Origin: Verrucomicrobiota bacterium
Lineage (GTDB): Bacteria; Verrucomicrobiota; Verrucomicrobiia; Limisphaerales; UBA1100
Direction of reading: 5' to 3'
Assembly (NCBI GenBank): GCA_030747505.1
Contig: JASLKQ010000004.1
Coordinates: 1-63,606 of the forward strand
Length of the DNA stretch: 63,606 bases
Both the position numbers and the translations under genes were made by a program. This document shows positions 42,664 to 50,975 of this stretch, piece after piece. The notes beneath the pieces were generated by a model. It worked only from the letters and a program-made list of their open reading frames with translations, ran no database searches and was not told the DNA's origin. Numbering within the stretch: the first letter of the stretch is position 1; each line of letters opens with the position of its first letter.

Positions 42664-44613
42664 ATGGACTTAAATGTATCAGGTCTTGCTTCCGGATTTG
42701 ACTGGAAGAGCATGGTGGATCAGCTCACGAATGTAGAGCGGGCTCCTCAGCAAAGGATGCGCATTGAGCAGGCGGATATTAAACGCAAAAACTCCGCGTT
42801 CACGGCATTAAAGACTCAATTATCCGCCCTGAAAACCAGATCTGAAGAACTGAAAAAACCCGATCTTTTTGACTCTCGTAAGGTTGTTAGCAGTGACGCA
42901 CATCTCTCGGCCACCGCTGACTCTGGTACTGCATCTGGCGATTACAGGTTCCAAATATACCAACTAGCCACTTCGGCCAAGCAACTCGGAGCTAGCGATG
43001 TAGGAGCAGCTGTGGGAGCAGGCACAGCAATGAGTTCAGCAGGATTCTCCATTCCTGTAACGGCCGGTACAGTTACTGTACAGGGCGAGCAAATTACAGT
43101 CAGTACGGACGACTCCCTTACCACAACGCTGGCTGCGATCAAAACCGCCGTTGGCGGCAGCTTTGACTACTCAATAAGCGGGGATAAAGTAACACTAACA
43201 GACTCAAGCAACCTGATTCTGGGCAGTGCCACTGATACCAGCAATTTCCTCCAGGCGCTCCGTCTCACCGCCAACGGAACCTCCAGTATCACAAGTTCAG
43301 CAAAACTCGGGGGCATGGACTTAAGCAAAACTCCTGCCACGGCCAATTTCACCGCCGGAGCAGGTGCTGCGAGCGGCTCCTTTAAAATAAACGGAACCAC
43401 TATTTCCTGGAGCAGCACTGACAACATCACCGACATCCTGGATAAGATTAACAGTTCTGAAGCCAGCGTATACGCGAATTATGATCCAGTGAATGACCGA
43501 TTCCTGCTTACAAATAAAACTGAGGGAGACATGGGGATTACAGTGGAAGACGTTTCCGGTGACTTTCTTTCCAAAACCAAACTCCTAAGTGCAAACGGAG
43601 GCAGTCTGGACCGCGGTAAAAATCTACTCTATAAAGTAAACGACAACGGCCCTCTGGAGAGCCAAACCAATACCATTGATCAGAACAGCTCCGGTATCCA
43701 AGGCTTGGCTATCACCGCTACCAAAGCGAATGGAGCCTCACGCATCAGTAGTGTTGATACATCAGGCGAAACCATTACTACGGAGAGCTCTCATGGTTAC
43801 AGTACCGGAGCAGCCGTGACAGCGTACAGCCCAGGAACCATCCCCGGCGGCATTTCCTCAGAAACCACGTATTATGTACGAGTACTCTCCAGTAACAGTT
43901 TTTCTCTGCACACTACAAAGGCGGACGCTGAATCAGGAAGCAACTCAATCAATCTTACCAGCACACAAACCGGCGATGTATATTTCCTGAGCAACAGCCC
44001 GAAAACTGCCACAGTCACAGTGCAATCGGACACAGACGCGATCAAGAGCAGCATTGGTGAGTTTGTTGCTCAAATAAACAAAGTACAGTCAATCATCGCC
44101 TCGCAGACGGCCAGTAGTACCGATTCCGATGGCAAAATAACTCTGGGCGTCTTGGCTGGAGAATCATTGGTGTCGATGACAATTACCGGTGATTTGCGAA
44201 ACAAAGCTATCGGGGATGTTTCAGGTCTCACAGGCACCATCACACGGCTGGAATCCATCGGCTATGCTACCAGCGGATACTCGAACCAGATATCCCTCTC
44301 AGATTCCAGCACGCTAGACACCGCCTTACGTGAGAATATGGGTCAAATTAAATCATTGTTCACCACCGACACCCATGGTTTGGCGACATCCATGTATACT
44401 TACCTTGACACTTTACTTGATGATGATGGAGCGATGTCCACTACCCAGACAAATTTGACCAATCAAGTGAAATCCATTGATACACAAATCGCTGACCACG
44501 AGCGCCGTGTACAAATGAACCGGGACTCATTGATTCGAAGTTTTGTAAACATGGAACAAGCCCAAGCAAAAATTAACAGCGACATGTCTTTTCTGGCATC
44601 ACGATTTAAATAA
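42664..44613 (+). CDS. fliD: Filament cap protein FliD with an inserted HG-module
   Basis: The N-terminus is VSGLASGFDWKSMVDQLTNVERAPQ. Flagellin_IN-type motifs are present (GSFKINGTTISWSSTDNITDILDKIN). The C-terminus is a coiled coil (SLIRSFVNMEQAQAKINSDMSFL). Confidence 0.9.
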   Translation: MDLNVSGLASGFDWKSMVDQLTNVERAPQQRMRIEQADIKRKNSAFTALKTQLSALKTRSEELKKPDLFDSRKVVSSDAHLSATADSGTASGDYRFQIYQLATSAKQLGASDVGAAVGAGTAMSSAGFSIPVTAGTVTVQGEQITVSTDDSLTTTLAAIKTAVGGSFDYSISGDKVTLTDSSNLILGSATDTSNFLQALRLTANGTSSITSSAKLGGMDLSKTPATANFTAGAGAASGSFKINGTTISWSSTDNITDILDKINSSEASVYANYDPVNDRFLLTNKTEGDMGITVEDVSGDFLSKTKLLSANGGSLDRGKNLLYKVNDNGPLESQTNTIDQNSSGIQGLAITATKANGASRISSVDTSGETITTESSHGYSTGAAVTAYSPGTIPGGISSETTYYVRVLSSNSFSLHTTKADAESGSNSINLTSTQTGDVYFLSNSPKTATVTVQSDTDAIKSSIGEFVAQINKVQSIIASQTASSTDSDGKITLGVLAGESLVSMTITGDLRNKAIGDVSGLTGTITRLESIGYATSGYSNQISLSDSSTLDTALRENMGQIKSLFTTDTHGLATSMYTYLDTLLDDDGAMSTTQTNLTNQVKSIDTQIADHERRVQMNRDSLIRSFVNMEQAQAKINSDMSFLASRFK

Positions 44614-44619
44614 TCCAAC

Positions 44620-45450
44620 ATGAAAAAAAATCTGATTAACTACCTATTATTGGTTCCTTTTATTGTGTCTTCTGTTGCCTGCAGACAGGTTTCGAAGCTA
44701 AATAATGGCGCGTACATGGGGCCATTCTACACTGTAGGCAACGTTTACATGACTCCTGAAGGATTACAGCCTCAGATACGGCGCGTGGCTATGTTGCCAC
44801 TTGTTCCCTCCCGGGGCGACCGTTCTGCTGAACGAGGAATTCAATTTATGCAACCGGTCCTGACTCAAGAATTCTCACGAAACCGCATATTTGAGATGGT
44901 CACAATTCCTCCGGACCGACTTCAGCGAATGTTTGGGCGCAGGGCAATATACGCCGACGAGCCCTTACCCCATGATTTTCTGTCTAAACTTAAGCAGGAA
45001 ACAGGATGCCAGGCAGTTTTGTTCACCGAACTTACAACTTTCCGGCCCTATCCCCCTGTGGCGGTGGGGTGGAAGCTGCATTTATTTGACTTGGATTCTG
45101 AAGAGCTGATTTGGGCAGTGGATGAGGTCTTTGATGGAGGGCATAGGGCGGTTGCCAACTCGCTGCGGCGATTTATTCGTAAAACCCATTCAACGCACAA
45201 CTCTGCATCTGTTGAGATTCTAGTGTTGGATTCCCCCAGAGAAATGGCGAGATTCTCGATCGCTGAACTGATCCCAACTTTATTGAAAAAAAATCCTAAA
45301 GTCGCGGTGAATCCTGCCGAATCTAATAACAGTCAGAGGGTCTCCGGGGAACCGGATATAGTGGGGCCAAAACCAGCCCCAGCAGTGGATTCGCCGCCTG
45401 AAGAGTCGAAGAATCCTGCGCCGATTGACCCAGATTCGGGCGCAATTTGA
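44620..45450 (+). CDS. Hypothetical lipoprotein (276 aa)
   Basis: The lipobox is FIVSSVAC. The gene is packed between fliD and the flgM-like gene. The C-terminal tail is Pro-rich. Confidence 0.65.
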   Translation: MKKNLINYLLLVPFIVSSVACRQVSKLNNGAYMGPFYTVGNVYMTPEGLQPQIRRVAMLPLVPSRGDRSAERGIQFMQPVLTQEFSRNRIFEMVTIPPDRLQRMFGRRAIYADEPLPHDFLSKLKQETGCQAVLFTELTTFRPYPPVAVGWKLHLFDLDSEELIWAVDEVFDGGHRAVANSLRRFIRKTHSTHNSASVEILVLDSPREMARFSIAELIPTLLKKNPKVAVNPAESNNSQRVSGEPDIVGPKPAPAVDSPPEESKNPAPIDPDSGAI

Positions 45451-45516
45451 CAAAAAAGGTTGATTTTTGCTCTTTTTTGGAGCATTTTAAGACCGTCGGA
45501 AAGAATTTGAGACAAA

Positions 45517-45810
45517 ATGAAAGAAGTTAGCCTAAACGCCTCTAGGCAAGCGCAAGGTCCGGCTAAGATGGCCCAAGCGCAAGGGCAGGAGTCTGCCTCT
45601 GTGGATATGGTAGCTCCGACTGATGCGATGGACGCTAATCTTACACGATCCCCGGACTTCACCCGGGTTGAGGCGGATGTCGAGACGCGTTTTGACGAAA
45701 TCAAGGATAGATTACGCGAAGACGTGCAAGCTGATAGATACCCCCCCGCAGAAGCAATTGATCAATTCGCCAAACTAATTGCCTCTGAAATTGAGCACGG
45801 AGAGAAATAA
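45517..45810 (+). CDS. flgM: Probable anti-sigma28 factor (FlgM-like)
   Basis: It is 97 aa with a polar, disordered-looking N-terminal half. The C-terminal helix region TRVEADVETRFDEIKDRLREDVQADRYPPAEAIDQFAKLIASEI resembles the FlgM sigma28-binding segment. Confidence 0.5.
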   Translation: MKEVSLNASRQAQGPAKMAQAQGQESASVDMVAPTDAMDANLTRSPDFTRVEADVETRFDEIKDRLREDVQADRYPPAEAIDQFAKLIASEIEHGEK

Positions 45811-45856
45811 CCTTAACTCTTTGCTCTCGTTGAACTTATTTTGCTTCCCCTACTAA

Positions 45857-45872
45857 CGGCACAAAATGTGCT
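45857..45872 (+). promoter_or_regulatory. sigma54-type promoter in front of fliS
   Basis: The sequence cggcacaaaatgtgct has GG and GC in consensus spacing. The ATG at 45885 begins 13 nt after the GC. Confidence 0.45.
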
Positions 45873-45884
45873 GTGAGTAGACGG

Positions 45885-46388
45885 ATGAATAGTGCCAACA
45901 AACTAAATGCTTACCGCGTGAATGCGGTGGGTTCTGCATCGCCTGAGAATCTGGTTGTGATGCTATATGATGGGGCCATCCGGTTTCTAGGGGCAGCTAT
46001 TCGTGCCTTTGCCCATGAGGATCCTCTCGATTTCAACCTTACCATTCACACGAATATCACCAAAACTCAGGCAATCATAAGGGAATTAAACCACGCCCTG
46101 GATCTGGATAACGGCGGCGAACTTGGAAACAGCCTTTCGACTCTCTACATCTATTTTGACGATCGACTTCAGGAAGCAAATATCAACAAGGATAAGGAGA
46201 TTATTGAGGAAGTTCTGGAGCGTATTACTGTGTTACGCGATGCGTGGAGCGAATCGCTTACCCAACAATCTGCAGTAGCCGTGAGTAACGCAGTCGGTGA
46301 CACACCCGAATCAATGCCAGACTCACAGACCGCTCTCAATCAGAATGATACTCCACCTGAATCTCCTAGCCTGTCTCTAATTGGCTGA
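45885..46388 (+). CDS. fliS: Flagellin-specific chaperone FliS
   Basis: The sequence AYRVNAVGSASPENLVVMLYDGAIRFL is typical of FliS. I chose the ATG at 45885 rather than the GTG at 45873. Confidence 0.9.
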   Translation: MNSANKLNAYRVNAVGSASPENLVVMLYDGAIRFLGAAIRAFAHEDPLDFNLTIHTNITKTQAIIRELNHALDLDNGGELGNSLSTLYIYFDDRLQEANINKDKEIIEEVLERITVLRDAWSESLTQQSAVAVSNAVGDTPESMPDSQTALNQNDTPPESPSLSLIG

Positions 46389-46392
46389 GTAA

Positions 46393-46743
46393 ATGAACCC
46401 ATCCACCACTATTTTACTCCAGGAGTGGAAGCGGATATCTCAACAGGAAACCACCGCCATTGCCTCCCGCGAATGGACGGCGCTCAATGAGCTGCTTGAC
46501 CAGAAAAATCGAATCAAGGATTTACTGGACGACTATGATGGAGGCGACTATTCGGAAACAGACATGCAACTGGTCAGTGAACTCATCTCCATTACCGAGC
46601 AAAACCAAATTTGGCTTCAATCCGAAATGGAAACCGTTCGGCATCAGATTCAAACCGATGAATGCTCTTTGAATACCATGCGTAAGGTGAATCAGACCTA
46701 CGGTTCCCAGGATGGTTCCTCTTACTGGCATTCCTACTCCTAA
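46393..46743 (+). CDS. Small helical protein, possibly a FliT/FlgN-like export chaperone
   Basis: It is 116 aa, follows fliS directly, and has a helical heptad-like composition (LLQEWKRISQQETTAIASREWTALNELLDQKNRIKDLL). Confidence 0.4.
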   Translation: MNPSTTILLQEWKRISQQETTAIASREWTALNELLDQKNRIKDLLDDYDGGDYSETDMQLVSELISITEQNQIWLQSEMETVRHQIQTDECSLNTMRKVNQTYGSQDGSSYWHSYS

Positions 46744-46800
46744 AAAGGCTTTTTTTGCCATTTTTTAGCACAATTCAGGCGTAATCCGTTCATAACTGCA

Positions 46801-46816
46801 TGGCATACTAATTGCT
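46801..46816 (+). promoter_or_regulatory. sigma54 promoter of the flgF-to-flgN unit
   Basis: The sequence is tggcatactaattgct (TGGCAT-N5-TTGCT). The flgF ATG at 46830 begins 14 nt after the GC. Confidence 0.65.
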
Positions 46817-46829
46817 GCGTAGCCTCTGA

Positions 46830-47591
46830 ATGAATGTAAGTTTGTACCAGGCTGCTGCAGCATTGGAAGGCTCCCTTCAGCGTCAGGACGTAATAGCGGA
46901 AAATCTGGCGGCAACCGGCATCCCCGGCTTCAAGAGAAGTCGTGTGGGCTTTCATTCTGTTAATGCGGAGATGTTTAATGACGCCCTGAAGCAGGCAAAC
47001 AAGACAGAACTACGGTTCATGCTGCCAAAGGTCACCGGTTACATTGATTTCAAACAGGGACCTTTAATGCCAACAGGCCAAAACAATAACCTCTCAATTG
47101 ACGGTCCTGGATTTTTTTCCATAAATGGCCCCAACGGTACAGTTTATACCCGAGATGGTTCCTTTCGAGTTAATTTGGACGGCACTCTTGTGACCAAGGA
47201 AGGCTATCCTCTTCGGACAGCCGGCGGGGCTAATATCACTGTGGATGCAAATGATCCCACCCCGATAAATGTCGACCCCGCCGGTACAGTGAGTCAAGGA
47301 GGCACGCCCTTGGGGCAGTTGGAAATGGTGACCTTTGGCTCCGAAGATATAAAGAACCTTAAACGCATCAATGCTGGCTACTACCGGGCTGGTACAGCAA
47401 CGCCTCTGCCTATTGACTCTACAGAAACCCGTGTCGCTCAGGGCTTTCTAGAAGCCTCCAACACCACACCGACTCATGAAATGGGGGAACTCTTATCCAC
47501 GCTCCGCCATTTTGAAGCCAATCAAAAGATCATGAAAATACAGGATGAGTCCATGGGAAAAATAATCCAACAACTCGGAAACACTCAATAA
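46830..47591 (+). CDS. flgF: Proximal rod protein FlgF
   Basis: It has the rod-family N-terminus LYQAAAALEGSLQRQDVIAENLAATGIPGFKR and a matching C-terminus, and it precedes flgG. Confidence 0.9.
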   Translation: MNVSLYQAAAALEGSLQRQDVIAENLAATGIPGFKRSRVGFHSVNAEMFNDALKQANKTELRFMLPKVTGYIDFKQGPLMPTGQNNNLSIDGPGFFSINGPNGTVYTRDGSFRVNLDGTLVTKEGYPLRTAGGANITVDANDPTPINVDPAGTVSQGGTPLGQLEMVTFGSEDIKNLKRINAGYYRAGTATPLPIDSTETRVAQGFLEASNTTPTHEMGELLSTLRHFEANQKIMKIQDESMGKIIQQLGNTQ

Positions 47592-47600
47592 AAACGAATT

Positions 47601-48389
47601 ATGTTACGCGCACTTTATTCCTCAGCCTCAGGGATGCAATCCCAGCAGATGAATCTGGATGTCATTGCCAATAATCTGGCGAACGTCAATACGACCGGTT
47701 TCAAGAAGTCCAAGATCGAATTTCAAGATTTACTTTACCAGACTGATCGAGCGGCAGGCGCAGAGTCCGGAGCCGGGAACCAAGTGCCAACTTCACTTCA
47801 GGTGGGGCACGGATCTCGTGCCGTATCGACGGCAAAAATCTTTACTGCTGGTGAAATTACGAATACCGGGGAACGACTGGATTTAGCGATTCATGGTAAT
47901 GGATTTTTCAAGGTCACCATGCCTGATGGAACCAATGCCTTCACCCGTGACGGTGGTTTCAAACTAAATAGCACGGGGAATATCGTTAACAGTGACGGCT
48001 TGCCCGTGACTAGTTTCGCCGGTGTTACAATCAGTCCTGAAGCGACCAATGTATCCATAAGTGCTACCGGTGTGGTATCAGTCACCCAGGCTGGAACAAC
48101 CACCACTGCAGGCAGTTTGGTATTATCACGATTTGCCAATCCAGCCGGCCTGGAGAATATCGGATCCAACCTATACCGCGAAACTCCCTCCTCTGGCACT
48201 GAACAAACCGGGGAACCGGGGAATGCCGGGATGGGATCTGTCCAACAGGGATACTTGGAGTTATCCAACGTAAAAGTGGTAGAGGAAATGGTGAACCTCA
48301 TCAAGGCTCAGCGAGCCTATGAAATTAACTCTAAAGCCATTCAGGCAGCCGATGAAATGATGAGCATGAGCAATCGGTTGCGCGGTTAG
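47601..48389 (+). CDS. flgG: Distal rod protein FlgG
   Basis: The N-terminus is ALYSSASGMQSQQMNLDVIANNLANVNTTGFK and the C-terminus is GYLELSNVKVVEEMVNLIKAQRAYEINSKAIQAADEM. Confidence 0.95.
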   Translation: MLRALYSSASGMQSQQMNLDVIANNLANVNTTGFKKSKIEFQDLLYQTDRAAGAESGAGNQVPTSLQVGHGSRAVSTAKIFTAGEITNTGERLDLAIHGNGFFKVTMPDGTNAFTRDGGFKLNSTGNIVNSDGLPVTSFAGVTISPEATNVSISATGVVSVTQAGTTTTAGSLVLSRFANPAGLENIGSNLYRETPSSGTEQTGEPGNAGMGSVQQGYLELSNVKVVEEMVNLIKAQRAYEINSKAIQAADEMMSMSNRLRG

Positions 48390-48409
48390 GCCTGAATAGA
48401 TCAATCAAA

Positions 48410-49117
48410 ATGAAAAACTTAACTTACGTGCTAACAATTATTGTAACGATGTCGGCTTCTGGAGCCACGTCCACACGTCAAGTGCCTGCCAAAAAACTTA
48501 TACCGCTCATTGCGGAGGAGTTATCAAAATCCTTCGAGCTCGACCAAGGCAAACTTGTGCTGGAACCCTCCCGCGCCCTCTCTCCTGTTTCTGTGCCGAG
48601 CGATACAGCCAATATCACCATCAAACTGATAGCTCAACCTTATGCCCGGCCGACTTCCTTCATGAAGGCACAATACACGGTATTAGCCGACGGACTGCCT
48701 GTCGAAAGCCAAACAGGTTATTTCAAGGCGCAATTGATCAAGGATGTTTGGATCACTCAAAAAATCGCCCAGCGAAGCAAGACTTTGGGAGAAGCCAAAC
48801 TGCTCAAAAAGAAAACTGACGTCATTAATTTACGAGGCAAAACCTGGGATGGTGAACCCAATTCAACTCAGCAGCTCATTACCACCGTTTCGGCCGGCAC
48901 CGTGATCCAAGAGAGGCATTTACGCCGAACACCAGTAGTTTATCGCAACCAAACCGTTGAGGCAGTCCTTCAGCATAAAGCCTTGGAAATCCGCATAAGA
49001 GTCTTAGCGCTGGAAGACGGGGCCCCTGGTGATTTGATTCGCCTGCGTAATACGCGTTCCTCCAAGGAAATCCGTGGCACTGTGATCAACGGTCGTGAAG
49101 TAAAAATAATTTTTTAA
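48410..49117 (+). CDS. flgA: P-ring assembly chaperone FlgA
   Basis: It has a signal peptide and a C-terminal region (GAPGDLIRLRNTRSSKEIRGTVINGREVKI) typical of FlgA. Confidence 0.85.
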   Translation: MKNLTYVLTIIVTMSASGATSTRQVPAKKLIPLIAEELSKSFELDQGKLVLEPSRALSPVSVPSDTANITIKLIAQPYARPTSFMKAQYTVLADGLPVESQTGYFKAQLIKDVWITQKIAQRSKTLGEAKLLKKKTDVINLRGKTWDGEPNSTQQLITTVSAGTVIQERHLRRTPVVYRNQTVEAVLQHKALEIRIRVLALEDGAPGDLIRLRNTRSSKEIRGTVINGREVKIIF

Positions 49118-49118
49118 G

Positions 49119-49736
49119 ATGAACAAAATAATTTGCATTACCAGTCTCGCATTCGTTGGCCTCTTGACCGCCGATTCACTTTGGAAAGACGACATTAGCC
49201 GCGGGCCTGTTTCGGACAAGAAAGCTCGTTTTATCGGCGATATTTTAAACATTCGAGTACAGGAAAGTAACAGTGCTAAACGAGAGGGAAAAACATCCAC
49301 CTCACGAAGTTCCTCCACAGATGCCAGTATATCGAATTTATTTTTCACTACTTCCTCCGCCACAGATGGCAGCCAAGCCTTTCATCACAATGGAGCATTC
49401 CCCGCCATGAAATTTGAAAATGCAACCAAACATGACGGCTCCGGTTCAATTGATAATTCCGATAGCCTCACAACCCGTTTTGCGGTGCGAGTGGCAGATG
49501 TAATGCCTAACCGCAACCTACTGGTTGAAGGAATCCGTAAGACCTCTTTTGGAGGTGAACATCAAACCATCATCCTTCGGGGCACTGTTCGCGCTGATGA
49601 TATTGCAGCGGATAACAGTGTCTATAGTTACCAAATTGCTGATATGCACATTCGCTACCTTTCTGAAGGGGTTGTTTCGAACACTGCAGACAAGGGTTGG
49701 TTCATGAAGTTTTGGGATAAGATCAGCCCATTTTAA
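49119..49736 (+). CDS. flgH: L-ring protein FlgH
   Basis: It has a FlgH core (ARFIGDILNIRVQESNSA...LLVEGIRKTSFGGEHQTIILRGTVRADDI). Confidence 0.9.
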   Translation: MNKIICITSLAFVGLLTADSLWKDDISRGPVSDKKARFIGDILNIRVQESNSAKREGKTSTSRSSSTDASISNLFFTTSSATDGSQAFHHNGAFPAMKFENATKHDGSGSIDNSDSLTTRFAVRVADVMPNRNLLVEGIRKTSFGGEHQTIILRGTVRADDIAADNSVYSYQIADMHIRYLSEGVVSNTADKGWFMKFWDKISPF

Positions 49737-49756
49737 TTTTTAATTGGAACATAGTT

Positions 49757-50947
49757 ATGGATATCAAAAAAATCGGCTTTGCGATCTGCCTAATCCCTGC
49801 CCTTGCCTGGAGCCAGGCAGCCATCCTCACTCCTCCAGTTCTCTCAGGCACTTCCCTGATGCCGATTAGTCCATTACGGCCAAACGCCGTCGGCGGTGGC
49901 GTACGAATCAAGGATTTGAGCTTCATCGAGGGAGCTCGAGCCAACCAATTAACAGGTTTTGGAGTGGTTTTGGGCCTGAATAACACTGGAGACAAGGACA
50001 CCGTCTATTCGAAGCAGGCCTTGGCCAATATGCTTCAACAATATGGACTAACGGTCCCTGCCACATCCGTATCCTCCAAGAATGCAGCAGCAGTAATGAT
50101 AACCGCCAATCTTCCTGCCTTTGCCAAAAGCGGATCAAAGATTGATGTCAACGTGATGTCGATGGGGGACGCAACCTCACTGACTGGGGGGGCATTGATT
50201 CAAACACCTCTCGTGGGAGCCGACGGACGCGTCTACGCTGTCGCACAGGGACAGGTAAGCAATAACGCCTTTAAGCTCGGAACGGGTGACGCCTCTGTAA
50301 CCAAAAATCACCCTACTTCCGGCTCCCTGATTGGCGGTGCCCTTGTGGAAAAGGAAGTGCAGGCCACGTTGATGCGTGATGGGCAGATAAGAATCATATT
50401 AAATGCCACCGACTTTACTCTTGCCGCACGCATGGCAGAAGCCATTCGCGGTCAGGCACAACGTCTTGGTGGCCAGGGTTGGTTCGCTGCAGCCAAAGAT
50501 GGAAATAGTGTTCAAGTCCATGTGCCTGACCAATTCCAAGCCGCTCCGATTGATTTTATTGCCCAGCTACAAGCGATCACCGTGGTCCCTGACTCGAAGG
50601 CTCGTGTGGTGATAAACGAAAGAACCGGAACCATTGTCGCAACATCACGAGTGAAGATTCTTAGCTGTGCAATTGCACACGGCAATATTTACCTCGCGGT
50701 AAACAAGGGCAAGGAAGCTATTCAACCCAATCCATTGGCACAGACGGGCACCACGGCTCTGGTGCCAGCCGACGTAGCTAAAGTCGCCGAGGGAGGAGGG
50801 GGACTAAATGTGTTCCCAGAAATGCCTACCGTACAAGAGGTCTCTCAGGCGTTGAACAGCCTGGGCGCAACGCCGCGCGATATGATGACTATTTTCCACA
50901 TGCTCAAGGCAGCAGAAGCACTACAAGCTGAGTTAATCATTAAGTAA
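49757..50947 (+). CDS. flgI: P-ring protein FlgI
   Basis: It has a signal peptide, the segment RIKDLSFIEGARANQLTGFGVVLGLNNTGD and the C-terminus DMMTIFHMLKAAEALQAELI. Confidence 0.95.
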   Translation: MDIKKIGFAICLIPALAWSQAAILTPPVLSGTSLMPISPLRPNAVGGGVRIKDLSFIEGARANQLTGFGVVLGLNNTGDKDTVYSKQALANMLQQYGLTVPATSVSSKNAAAVMITANLPAFAKSGSKIDVNVMSMGDATSLTGGALIQTPLVGADGRVYAVAQGQVSNNAFKLGTGDASVTKNHPTSGSLIGGALVEKEVQATLMRDGQIRIILNATDFTLAARMAEAIRGQAQRLGGQGWFAAAKDGNSVQVHVPDQFQAAPIDFIAQLQAITVVPDSKARVVINERTGTIVATSRVKILSCAIAHGNIYLAVNKGKEAIQPNPLAQTGTTALVPADVAKVAEGGGGLNVFPEMPTVQEVSQALNSLGATPRDMMTIFHMLKAAEALQAELIIK

Positions 50948-50975
50948 TTATTACCTTTAACAGAGACAAATAGTC

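Noticed and set aside
45457-45471. A sigma54-like sequence, aaggttgatttttgct, upstream of the flgM-like gene.
   Set aside because: GG and GC are one nucleotide too close (10 nt from G to G instead of 11). Sigma54 promoters do not tolerate altered spacing.
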